This document shows positions 1 to 6,876 of a DNA stretch of 12,420 bases, piece after piece. The notes under the pieces were generated by a model that was not told where the DNA came from, made no database searches, and saw nothing but the letters and a program-made list of their open reading frames with translations. The first letter of the stretch is position 1, and each line of letters begins with the position of its first letter. The position numbers and the translations under genes were made by a program. This stretch comes from an uncultured Methanosarcinaceae archaeon (GTDB lineage: Archaea > Halobacteriota > Methanosarcinia > Methanosarcinales > Methanosarcinaceae): positions 1 to 12,420 of the forward strand of contig CAVRJG010000072.1 of NCBI GenBank assembly GCA_963721455.1, given 5' to 3'.

Positions 1-11
1 TCAACTAACCT

Positions 12-1100
12 TCATGTCCACAGACCTCCTGCAGTAACACTTAATGAAACTCCCGAGGAATTCCATATTTCCACTGGACTTCGATAGTTGAATGATGAAT
101 GCTCACGTAAATTGTATCCATTTTTCGCAATCACAAGAAAGTTCTGAAAATCATTAAACGTCGCATGGTATTGTAAATTTATGAATTCATATTGCAAAGT
201 CTCTATTGCTCGTTCAATGAAAGCGTTTAACCACGGATGTGCCTTTGGAAGAATATGGTGTATAATATTATTTTTATTACAATATTCACGCACAGTCGCA
301 TTATTAAACTCCAAACCTCCATCAGATCGAATCTCGATTACAACATCTTTTGGTACCATTTTGCATAATTGGTGAAGAGATTCTATTACATTTGCACCTG
401 ATTTTGTCTTATGAGCATCAAGGATTACGATACCACTGTTAAACATATCAAGCACACCAAAAGCATACGCAGTCTCGCCACTTCCAATTCTCCGTTGAGT
501 ATAGTCCATATTAAAAGAGTTCAATGGTTCTTGAGGGCGTTGAAGATGTTTGGAATTTATAGCCGTCTTCTGTTTTCCAGTAAGCCCAGCAATAGCAAGA
601 ATATGATGAACCCATGATTTGCCAACACGAACTGAGCTTTCTTTGTTCTCCTTTTTTCTACTGAATAAAGCTGCAATTCTTCGAACTCCCTTCACAGCTT
701 TATCCATTAATCCCGTCAATTGCTGAACTCTCTCTGGTTTTAAGGCATTGGCTGTTTTTTCCATTGCATCAACAAACGCATGTTTAGATGATTCGATTCT
801 GTTTATATCATCCAAAAAGAGATTTATTATTTCAGCTTTATCTTCATCCGTTAGCTTTCGATATGGATTTTTGGGCTTCGAAGGCCTGTCCTTTAAGTCT
901 TCTGCTGTACTTCCATCTTTTGCTCTTTCAACAAGATAATAGAAAGTGCGTTCGCTCATTCCATGCATTTCCCACAGTTCTCTATCAGTATATTTTCCAG
1001 ATTTTCGCAGTTCAAGGACTTTGGCTCGAATTTCTGCCACTCTTTCAGGTGGAAAATATTTTCGGATATCTTCCCATTTATAAACATGTATTTCAGACAT
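12..1100 (-). CDS. DDE transposase (N-terminal HTH plus rve integrase core), IS481-like
   Basis: 362 aa. HTH-like 'RELWEMHGMSERTFYYLVER' is followed by 'LKDRPSKP'. Catalytic motifs are 'FNMDYT', 'IRSDGGLEF' and 'PWLNAFIERAIETLQYE', and the C-terminal 'YNLREHSSFNYRSP' is typical of IS3/IS481 transposases. There is a single ORF with no orfA/orfB frameshift. Confidence 0.9.
   Translation of the reverse strand: MSEIHVYKWEDIRKYFPPERVAEIRAKVLELRKSGKYTDRELWEMHGMSERTFYYLVERAKDGSTAEDLKDRPSKPKNPYRKLTDEDKAEIINLFLDDINRIESSKHAFVDAMEKTANALKPERVQQLTGLMDKAVKGVRRIAALFSRKKENKESSVRVGKSWVHHILAIAGLTGKQKTAINSKHLQRPQEPLNSFNMDYTQRRIGSGETAYAFGVLDMFNSGIVILDAHKTKSGANVIESLHQLCKMVPKDVVIEIRSDGGLEFNNATVREYCNKNNIIHHILPKAHPWLNAFIERAIETLQYEFINLQYHATFNDFQNFLVIAKNGYNLREHSSFNYRSPVEIWNSSGVSLSVTAGGLWT
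15..37. repeat. IS terminal inverted repeat (downstream of the transposase)
   Basis: Reverse complement of 1225-1247 with 1 mismatch. Confidence 0.85.
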
Positions 1101-1224
1101 ATAGTAACGCCTATAATTGCTGCAAAAAATAACATTTTGTACTCATCTACAGTTGCAGTATTTAGCCTCTAAACTATAGATGTTGATTTGTTTTTACAAA
1201 TATGTCAGAAGATTCAAATTATAT

Positions 1225-1247
1225 TTACTGCAAGAGGTCTGTGGACA
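1225..1247. repeat. IS terminal inverted repeat (upstream of the transposase)
   Basis: Reverse complement of 15-37 with 1 mismatch. Confidence 0.85.
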
Positions 1248-1268
1248 TGAAGGCTACCTAAGTCTTAC

Positions 1269-1520
1269 ATGGCTACGGTCTCAAAATCCATAGAAATGTT
1301 CCTTGAGATGCAGAGAATCCAGCTTATCGAAGGAGATGTCTGGGGCCACAGGAAGGACATTAACGAATATTACACCATTCCATCCTCCGTTATTGAGAAA
1401 ATAAAGGAAATGAAAATCGAAGGTAAATCCAGTGAGGACATTGAAGCAAAGGTTTCAAGGGAAAGCAAACTTAACCCTGGAATGGTTGCTTATATCATGA
1501 ACAAAGAAGCTCCTGCCTGA
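1269..1520 (+). CDS. Small hypothetical protein, 83 aa, possible C-terminal helical/HTH-like segment
   Basis: ATG start, TGA stop and a natural protein-like composition ('GDVWGHRKDINEYY...SSEDIEAKVSRESKLNPGMVAYIM'). No function recognised. Confidence 0.7.
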   Translation: MATVSKSIEMFLEMQRIQLIEGDVWGHRKDINEYYTIPSSVIEKIKEMKIEGKSSEDIEAKVSRESKLNPGMVAYIMNKEAPA

Positions 1521-1883
1521 ATTCGAGCAAAATAAAACATGTCAGTAGGCAGATACTTTACTGGAGACTCCGAGGTACACTTCAAGTATCGATGTGCTCA
1601 TGCATACTTTAGGGCATTTTTCAGAGAATTTTTCAAACAGAGAAAAAGCCCTGTTTTTTGACTGGATTCAAAAATACAGGGAGGGAAAAACCCTCTATTT
1701 GCCTTGCAATTAATATAATCAGGTCATGGATCGTGAGCTCTGAAGATCAGTACCTTATTAATCAGACCTTTTTTGAACCCTATCCGGAAGGTCTGATGGA
1801 AGTTGACCCGATATACTCCCACCTGAAAAAAGACCTCTGGGAATGAATCTCATAGACTATGCAATTCTGGATGGGGATAATTT

Positions 1884-2984
1884 ATGAAAAGTGTAGCCAA
1901 TTTGCTTTATTTCTTTCTACTCATTTATCTTGCCGAATTTCTATTCTCTTGGCCTTATCCTGAAGCTTCCGGGGATTCCGGTATATCAGATATAGCAGAT
2001 ATGGGAGAGAACTTTGTCGGAATAGATACCGTAAAATCTGAGCCTTGCAATTTCTCGATTATAGAAGAGTCAATTATTTCTGGAAATCCGTCCCGAACTT
2101 ACTCATGGGACTATGAGGGTTACTGCTGCCACCTTACTTTGCCTCTTGATGATGAACTCTATGATGAATATGAATCCAGGACTCGAAACAGGGACTATGA
2201 CCTGTTTGCTTCAGATCCCTCTGACGACTGGTTAATCACGAATATTTCAGATACTTTATCTTCTCTCTCAAAAGATTGCAAGCTTGAAGAGAGCGAAATT
2301 CCGGGCTTTTGTATCTCGTTTGTCCAGTCCTTAAATTACACTTCGGATCTCGCAAGTTCGGGTTACGACCAGTACCCCCGTTTCCCTTATGAAACTCTCT
2401 ATATAAACGGCGGGGACTGTGAGGATACTTCAATTCTCTGCGTTGCAATTCTTCAGGAGATGGGTTATGATGCTGTCCTTCTGGAACTTCCTGAGCATAT
2501 GGCTCTCGGGATAAAGTGTGGTCCTGAACAAAAAGGCAAAAGTTTCGAGTACAAAGGCAGTGATTACTACTATGTGGAAACTACAGGCAGCAATTGGCAG
2601 ATAGGGGAAATTCCTGACGAATATGCAGGCCAGCCTGTACAGGTCATCCCTGTCTACAGGAGACCCATGATTAGTCTTGACTTCACAGCCCAATGTGAAT
2701 ACTCAAAAAAGGAAGGAGTCGTGGATGTTAATGTCACTGTAAGAAACGTGGGCTCTGAGGTCGCTGAAAATACAACTGTTTATGTTGCCCTTCAGGCTGC
2801 AGATGAAATTAATATGTGGGATGAAATTGAAAGTTCTTCTACAACGGTCGAGCCGGAAGAAGTTTACAATTACACTGCAAAAAGTCTTATTGTTCCTGCA
2901 GAGGAAAACTTTAGGATATATGTGCAGGCGTCCGGGGAGAACATGGTATCTGAAAACATAACCAGTAAGTGGGTTAAAATTTGA
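1884..2984 (+). CDS. Secreted or membrane-anchored transglutaminase-like (Cys-His) domain protein with C-terminal CARDB/Ig-like domain
   Basis: Hydrophobic N-terminus. 'PRFPYETL..GGDCEDTSIL' carries the catalytic Cys, followed by 'PEHMALGI' (His) and 'YYYVETT'. The C-terminal beta-rich 'VNVTVRNVGSEVAENTTVYV...VEPEE' matches a CARDB-like pattern. A G-rich RBS-like sequence (GGATGGGGA) lies upstream. Confidence 0.82.
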   Translation: MKSVANLLYFFLLIYLAEFLFSWPYPEASGDSGISDIADMGENFVGIDTVKSEPCNFSIIEESIISGNPSRTYSWDYEGYCCHLTLPLDDELYDEYESRTRNRDYDLFASDPSDDWLITNISDTLSSLSKDCKLEESEIPGFCISFVQSLNYTSDLASSGYDQYPRFPYETLYINGGDCEDTSILCVAILQEMGYDAVLLELPEHMALGIKCGPEQKGKSFEYKGSDYYYVETTGSNWQIGEIPDEYAGQPVQVIPVYRRPMISLDFTAQCEYSKKEGVVDVNVTVRNVGSEVAENTTVYVALQAADEINMWDEIESSSTTVEPEEVYNYTAKSLIVPAEENFRIYVQASGENMVSENITSKWVKI

Positions 2985-3218
2985 GACCTCCTATGCCTGT
3001 GATTTCTGCGTATGACTGTCTAAAAGTTACATTATTAGTATATGCTGAAATTGTTGAGTAGAACAGGGTATCATCAAAATAAAAGAATCTCCTCAAGGTC
3101 GCTGATCCTTCTTCGAATTAATATGTTTGGGGAAGCGTAATATTTCGAAGAAACTCTATTGGGGATACAGTAGATACAGCACCCTGGGTTTCTTCTATAT
3201 TACTTATACCGATCATTT

Positions 3219-3247
3219 GGCAGTGTATCTAAAGTTCTGTAAAATCG
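3219..3247 (+). mobile_element. Solo end of the GGCAGTGT-type MITE family
   Basis: GGCAGTGTATCTAAAGTTCTGTAAAATCG is nearly identical to the left end of the element at 8170 (GGCAGTGTACTGAAAGTTCTGTAAAATCG). It is directly followed by GGCTCTGTAGAAA, which may be a second IS-end type. Confidence 0.7.
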
Positions 3248-3275
3248 GCTCTGTAGAAATCCTCTAAAATACAGG

Positions 3276-3614
3276 ATCCCCATTAATTTAGACTGAATGG
3301 CCTATTCTCTGGAAGGCATCCAGCAGTTCCTTGATGTTATTGAGAGTGTCAGGGAAAATGTAAATCCACATCTGAAAATAGGATCGGTTCTGCTTACAAT
3401 GTACGATGACCATCTCTTAATTAATAGAGACATCAAAAAGAAGGTTACGGAGGTGTTCGGAGAACGGGTTCTGAGCACTACAATTCCTCAAAATATCCGG
3501 CTAGATGAGGCTCCTTCATACAATCAGGCAATATTTTCCTATGATCCTGACAGCAAAGGGGCACAGGCCTATAAAAAATTGACTGAAGAACTGTTGTCAT
3601 GGTGGGAGGCGTGA
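3276..3614 (+). pseudogene. parA: ParA/Soj-family ATPase, C-terminal fragment (Walker A and B missing)
   Basis: 'AYSLEGIQQFLDVI..V...NPHLKIGSVLLTMYD...TTIPQNIRLDEAPSYNQAIFSYDPDSKGAQAYKKLTEE' is the conserved Soj/ParA C-terminal part. The upstream in-frame 'IPINLD*' (3276-3296) ends in TGA and lies just downstream of MITE ends. No N-terminal KGGxGK motif is present. Confidence 0.85.
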
Positions 3615-3616
3615 AA

Positions 3617-3913
3617 ATGGCAGGAATGGGAGAAACAAGCTTGAAAAAATCCGAAAAATCCGAAACACCAGAAAAAACAATAGGAAAGTTCTTCTCAAAA
3701 GAATCAAGTAAGCAGAGTCAGGAGAGGTATACAATCCAGAAAGGGCTCAAAATCTCGCAAAAGCAGAATGAAAATCTTGAGAAAATCAAGATTGCTCTAG
3801 GAACGGATCTCGATTCCGAAGCCCTGAGATGGTGCTTGGATCAGGTATGGGAGTTAAGAGGAAAAGAAATCGAGCAGGTAGCACGGAAAAAAGAGGAAAT
3901 TTCCCTTTCCTGA
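3617..3913 (+). CDS. Small ParA partner protein, putative ribbon-helix-helix DNA-binding adaptor
   Basis: ATG at 3617 follows GGAGG and is 2 nt after the parA stop (translational coupling). A flexible K/E/S-rich N-terminus precedes 'TIQKGLKISQKQNENLEKIKIALGTDLDSEALRWCLDQVW', which fits a strand-helix-turn-helix pattern. The fold is inferred. Confidence 0.65.
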   Translation: MAGMGETSLKKSEKSETPEKTIGKFFSKESSKQSQERYTIQKGLKISQKQNENLEKIKIALGTDLDSEALRWCLDQVWELRGKEIEQVARKKEEISLS

Positions 3914-4260
3914 TTTATAGGCAGTCTAAAAATTTATAGAAGTTTTCTACAAAATCTGATATTCATGTTCATCTAATTCAGGGGATCCAAAATACTATGA
4001 ACTATTGATAAGTTGCCTTCTACCTTTTTTTATATATTCCAGACTTTCATAGATTGCAAAAGACCACGATCCCCAAATTACTTATTATGATTAAGAGAGA
4101 AGACCGAAAAAGGATAGGCAGCTTGGATTGTGTGCACTTTCAGAGATGGGCTAAGCGTGAAGGGTTAAAATTAACTCCTATGTGTTTGATTTGTTCGAGT
4201 TCCTGGATTCTTGGTCAATTTTTTGTTTATTTGACTGATTTTGAGAGCTTTTTGAAGGCC

Positions 4261-4358
4261 TTTACCCCAACGTGCAGGTAGATTGGGGTAAACTCTAACT
4301 ATCAGGTTTTAACGTAAAACCTGATAGTTAAAGTTTATACTTATTTTGCAACAAGGCC
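4261..4358. repeat. Tandem hairpins followed by an IS-like terminus (probable IS end remnant)
   Basis: 10-bp stem 4261-4270/4283-4292 and a perfect 16-bp stem 4296-4311/4315-4330 with a 3-nt loop (22/23 bp when extended). These are followed by TTTTGCAACAAGGCC (4344-4358), related to the TTTTGCAAC(A/G)GAACC ends at 8.3-9.2 kb. Confidence 0.65.
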
Positions 4359-4368
4359 AGATAATCCA

Positions 4369-4389
4369 GTAGTTTTAGGGGAAAACTAC
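4369..4389 (-). terminator. Possible terminator hairpin downstream of the CDF gene
   Basis: 8-bp stem GTAGTTTT/AAAACTAC about 30 nt past the CDF stop codon. No strong U-tract follows. Confidence 0.25.
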
Positions 4390-4419
4390 CGTATTTTGAG
4401 TAATGGTTATAAGCTTCTG

Positions 4420-5034
4420 TTATTCCTTTTCGTTCTCGTTAACCTCTTCCCATGACTCTTGGCCTTCTCTTATTAAGAATACTACTACTATTAATCCTAC
4501 CAGAGGATCTGCCTGCCAGAAGCCAAAGAGATAGTTCATCGTAAGTCCCAGCAGTAAAGACACTGATAAAAAGGCGCAAACTAATGTTTCCTTGGAATCT
4601 GCTACTAGAGCTTTGCTATTAATCTTAATGCCCAAATTACGCTTTTTAAAAGAAAGTACAGGCATAATAACTATTGAAAAAATAGCTATAATTATTCCTG
4701 GGGGTGAAGTCTCAGGAATCTCTGTGAGAATTAACTTCTTCGCAGACTCGTAAAGCACATAGGCTGCAAGTAAGAAGAAAGTGACAGCCACAAGTTTTAT
4801 GGCCTTCTTTTCGCTTTCCATTTCCTCACTCTCTGAGCATATATTATGCTTTTGAAGCCGCCAGATAAGAATAAGACCTGAGAAAGACTCAACTATACTA
4901 TCAAGGCCAAACCCAACAAGGGCTATACTTCCAGCACTTGAACCAAAGAATATAGAGAGAAAAGCCTCTAGAACGTTATAGCCTACAGTGAAGTACTCAA
5001 GATTGAGAGCTTCTTTGTAAAGCTTGTCATTCAT
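4420..5034 (-). CDS. Cation diffusion facilitator (CDF) family transporter, transmembrane domain only
   Basis: About 6 TM helices with 'SIALVGFGLDSIVES', 'SKALVADSKET' and 'WQADPLVGL', which match the short CDF/cation-efflux group lacking the cytoplasmic C-terminal domain. Confidence 0.88.
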   Translation of the reverse strand: MNDKLYKEALNLEYFTVGYNVLEAFLSIFFGSSAGSIALVGFGLDSIVESFSGLILIWRLQKHNICSESEEMESEKKAIKLVAVTFFLLAAYVLYESAKKLILTEIPETSPPGIIIAIFSIVIMPVLSFKKRNLGIKINSKALVADSKETLVCAFLSVSLLLGLTMNYLFGFWQADPLVGLIVVVFLIREGQESWEEVNENEKE

Positions 5035-5061
5035 GTGTTATCTTGTCAAAAAACACATGAA
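5030..5061. promoter_or_regulatory. Perfect 10-bp inverted repeat overlapping the CDF start codon
   Basis: TTCATGTGTT (5030-5039), a 12-nt spacer, then AACACATGAA (5052-5061). The start codon is at 5034-5032. Confidence 0.4.
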
Positions 5062-5254
5062 AATAGATAAACTGCACCATCCTTCAGTAGGACAACGATA
5101 GCAACATAATTTTAAAAGGTAGCTATTTTTGAAGAATATATTAGCTATTTGCTCAAAAAATTAGTCAAAAATCAAAGAAAAGGCTACATTTTAAGCTAAA
5201 GGTAGCTATGACATTCTTCATGGAAAATGGATTAGTTATTGAAGTGAGACATTC

Positions 5255-5833
5255 TTAAAACCTGTATTTGGACTCAAAGCCAAATTGATTAAAGGAAAAC
5301 ATTGAGATCATTATAACAAAGCAAACGAGAGAGATGGATATAAAGGATATTATTAGATAGTGAAGAAGTCCAGTTTCCAGAAAATTTATGGTCATCATTG
5401 AGAACGTACTGATAGTTATATTGTATATGGGATAGAAATAAACACAACCGGCACCACAAGCATCATCCAGTAATAAATGGGAAATGAAAGCAGCTTCGCC
5501 AAAAAGACCTAGATATAGTGCCTTACCCATCTCTCTATATGCAACATATCCTACAAGTGTTCCAAACAGGATTGCAGGAAAACTGAATAGAAGCGAATGT
5601 GTTGGAACCATGCCAATCCAGTCGTGTTCCATAGTACCGTTTACGAGAAAATTATAAACGATCGGAATGTCTGGAAACAGCGCGCATAAGCTGCCTACAA
5701 GTAATAGCAACAGTAAACGAATTGAACCCCAAAAAGAGATTTTTTTGTGAAAAATTGATCTGATAGCATCATACACGGCTATTGCATTGATACAGAATAC
5801 AAAGAACAGAATATGTACAACTGGATAGGGCAT
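5255..5833 (-). CDS. Membrane-bound metal-dependent hydrolase (YdjM-like)
   Basis: Motifs 'MPYPVVH', 'ALFPD', 'PTHSLLF' and 'SHLLLD' with several TM segments. The start is placed at the ATG at 5833, preceded by GAGTGG, rather than at 5872. Confidence 0.8.
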   Translation of the reverse strand: MPYPVVHILFFVFCINAIAVYDAIRSIFHKKISFWGSIRLLLLLLVGSLCALFPDIPIVYNFLVNGTMEHDWIGMVPTHSLLFSFPAILFGTLVGYVAYREMGKALYLGLFGEAAFISHLLLDDACGAGCVYFYPIYNITISTFSMMTINFLETGLLHYLIISFISISLVCFVIMISMFSFNQFGFESKYRF

Positions 5834-6020
5834 AACAAGCCACTCGTTTAAAATATTTCCTATTTTCAGCAAGTAACTTGTTTTTTACTAATATAACTAC
5901 TAGAGAAAATATGTTTAGAAACTATTGTCACGAATGCATATGTACAAAACATCCATTGATAAAGCTTAAACTTTCTCAATAGCTGTTTAATGAAATTGAA
6001 GTTATGGAAATTTCGGGGTA

Positions 6021-6044
6021 GTAGTGTACCTAAAGTTCTGTAAA
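6021..6044 (+). mobile_element. Solo degenerate end of the GGCAGTGT-type MITE family
   Basis: GTAGTGTACCTAAAGTTCTGTAAA closely matches the ends at 3219 and 8170. Confidence 0.6.
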
Positions 6045-6197
6045 TTTTATTTTTCATTGGTGGTTAATCGGTCAAAATGTCCATATTCCTATAGTCACCG
6101 GAATGAATGAGATAAGAAAAGCATAGTTTGAAGAGGTATAGAAAAATGAGAAAGTGGGACGTGCAAACATGCTCAGAAATATGGAAAATTTCGATTT

Positions 6198-6506
6198 TTA
6201 ACATACTGAATCATGCAGTGCAATTCCCGAATTCGTGAGACGGTACATTCCGTCTTCTAATTTCAGTAAATTCTCTTTGAGAAGGAAATCCATATTGTAT
6301 TTAAAGAAGAAATCGTTTAATCCTGATTCTTCCTTTAGCTGTTTCTCGTCTTTTCCGAAGACCCCAACAACCCTGAGAAGCTTTCTTCTTGCAGGATTCA
6401 TTGAGACCTTTTCCAACATCATATGTTCCATTTTGATAGCTTCACCTTCAGTGGAGCCGGCTATGTTGTCAAAATGTGCGTCTAGTTCATCAAAACTTTC
6501 TGTCAT
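6198..6506 (-). CDS. Small winged-helix (ArsR-like fold) protein, putative regulator
   Basis: 'NPARRKLLRVVG...KQLKEESGLNDFFFKYNMDFLLKENLLKLEDGMYRLTNSG' has the wHTH signature (NPxRRxIL, wing, YxLTxxG). The ATG at 6506 is preceded by the SD-like AGGTG. Confidence 0.72.
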   Translation of the reverse strand: MTESFDELDAHFDNIAGSTEGEAIKMEHMMLEKVSMNPARRKLLRVVGVFGKDEKQLKEESGLNDFFFKYNMDFLLKENLLKLEDGMYRLTNSGIALHDSVC

Positions 6507-6662
6507 AGCAAACACCTATTTGTAATGATCAAAAGCGTATCTTATGAATTTTCGAAAAGACCTATTTAACTATAATCGCTTCTCTATTTTAAGAATGTGT
6601 TTTGATTCTTTTCAAGTTGTAGATATGTAATATAAAATCAAATATATATCATAAGATAATAA

Positions 6663-6793
6663 GAGCCTATCCGAAAAGTGGTTACCTGCTATAACTTTTA
6701 CAATATGCAATATGCAAAACCGGAACGGATACTCTGATATTATAGACCTATTGTGACTTTTCAACATGCATTACTGACTTTTCGGATAGGCTC
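6663..6793. mobile_element. 131-bp MITE, IS5-family (IS1031-subgroup-like) ends
   Basis: Perfect 17-bp TIRs GAGCCTATCCGAAAAGT (6663-6679) and ACTTTTCGGATAGGCTC (6777-6793), flanked by a TAA direct repeat (6660-6662 and 6794-6796). GAG ends with a 3-bp TWA duplication are characteristic of IS1031-type elements. Confidence 0.85.
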
Positions 6794-6876
6794 TAAGTAG
6801 ACTACATGAAAATTAACATCTTTTACTGTGTAACAATTCATTCTAGGAGTGTTTTACAATAAACCTAATAACGAAA

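Larger units (their letters stand above)
15..1247 (-). mobile_element. IS481-like insertion sequence, about 1.23 kb, apparently complete
   Basis: Inverted repeats 15-37 (TGTCCACAGACCTCCTGCAGTAA) and 1225-1247 (TTACTGCAAGAGGTCTGTGGACA) match at 22/23 and give the TGT...ACA termini typical of IS481. They enclose a single DDE transposase ORF. The inverted symmetry extends 6 bp further (9-14 / 1248-1253), so the ends could instead be 9 and 1253. Confidence 0.8.

Noticed and set aside
1-14. IS target as an Xer/dif site (as for IS1202-type elements)
   Set aside because: The reconstructed site lacks the 11-6-11 layout and the TTATA/TATAA inner arms of dif sites, and only 14 bp of left flank is visible.
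181-1172. Five + strand ORFs (181-375, 411-617, 748-939, 788-1132, 963-1172)
   Set aside because: They are antisense shadows of the transposase, with no recognisable motifs.
1658-1846. 62-aa ORF
   Set aside because: It has a TTG start inside a hairpin, no SD sequence and no recognisable family, so it is unsupported, though not excluded.
2236-2693. Minus-strand ORFs 2236-2448 and 2430-2693
   Set aside because: They are antisense to the well-supported transglutaminase-like gene.
3109-3152. 9-bp inverted repeat TTCTTCGAA / TTCGAAGAA
   Set aside because: It is short, has a 26-nt spacer and no clear context, so it may be chance.
3247-3956. par cassette enclosed by GGCTCTGTAGAAA and TTTCTACAAAATC as a TIR pair
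   Set aside because: The match is only partial in AT-rich DNA and there is no target duplication.
4054-4281. 75-aa ORF
   Set aside because: It has a TTG start, no family match, and ends inside the hairpin repeat. It is more likely IS remnant or non-coding DNA.
5866-6057. 63-aa minus-strand ORF
   Set aside because: It runs through a MITE end and AT-rich promoter DNA and has no protein-like features.
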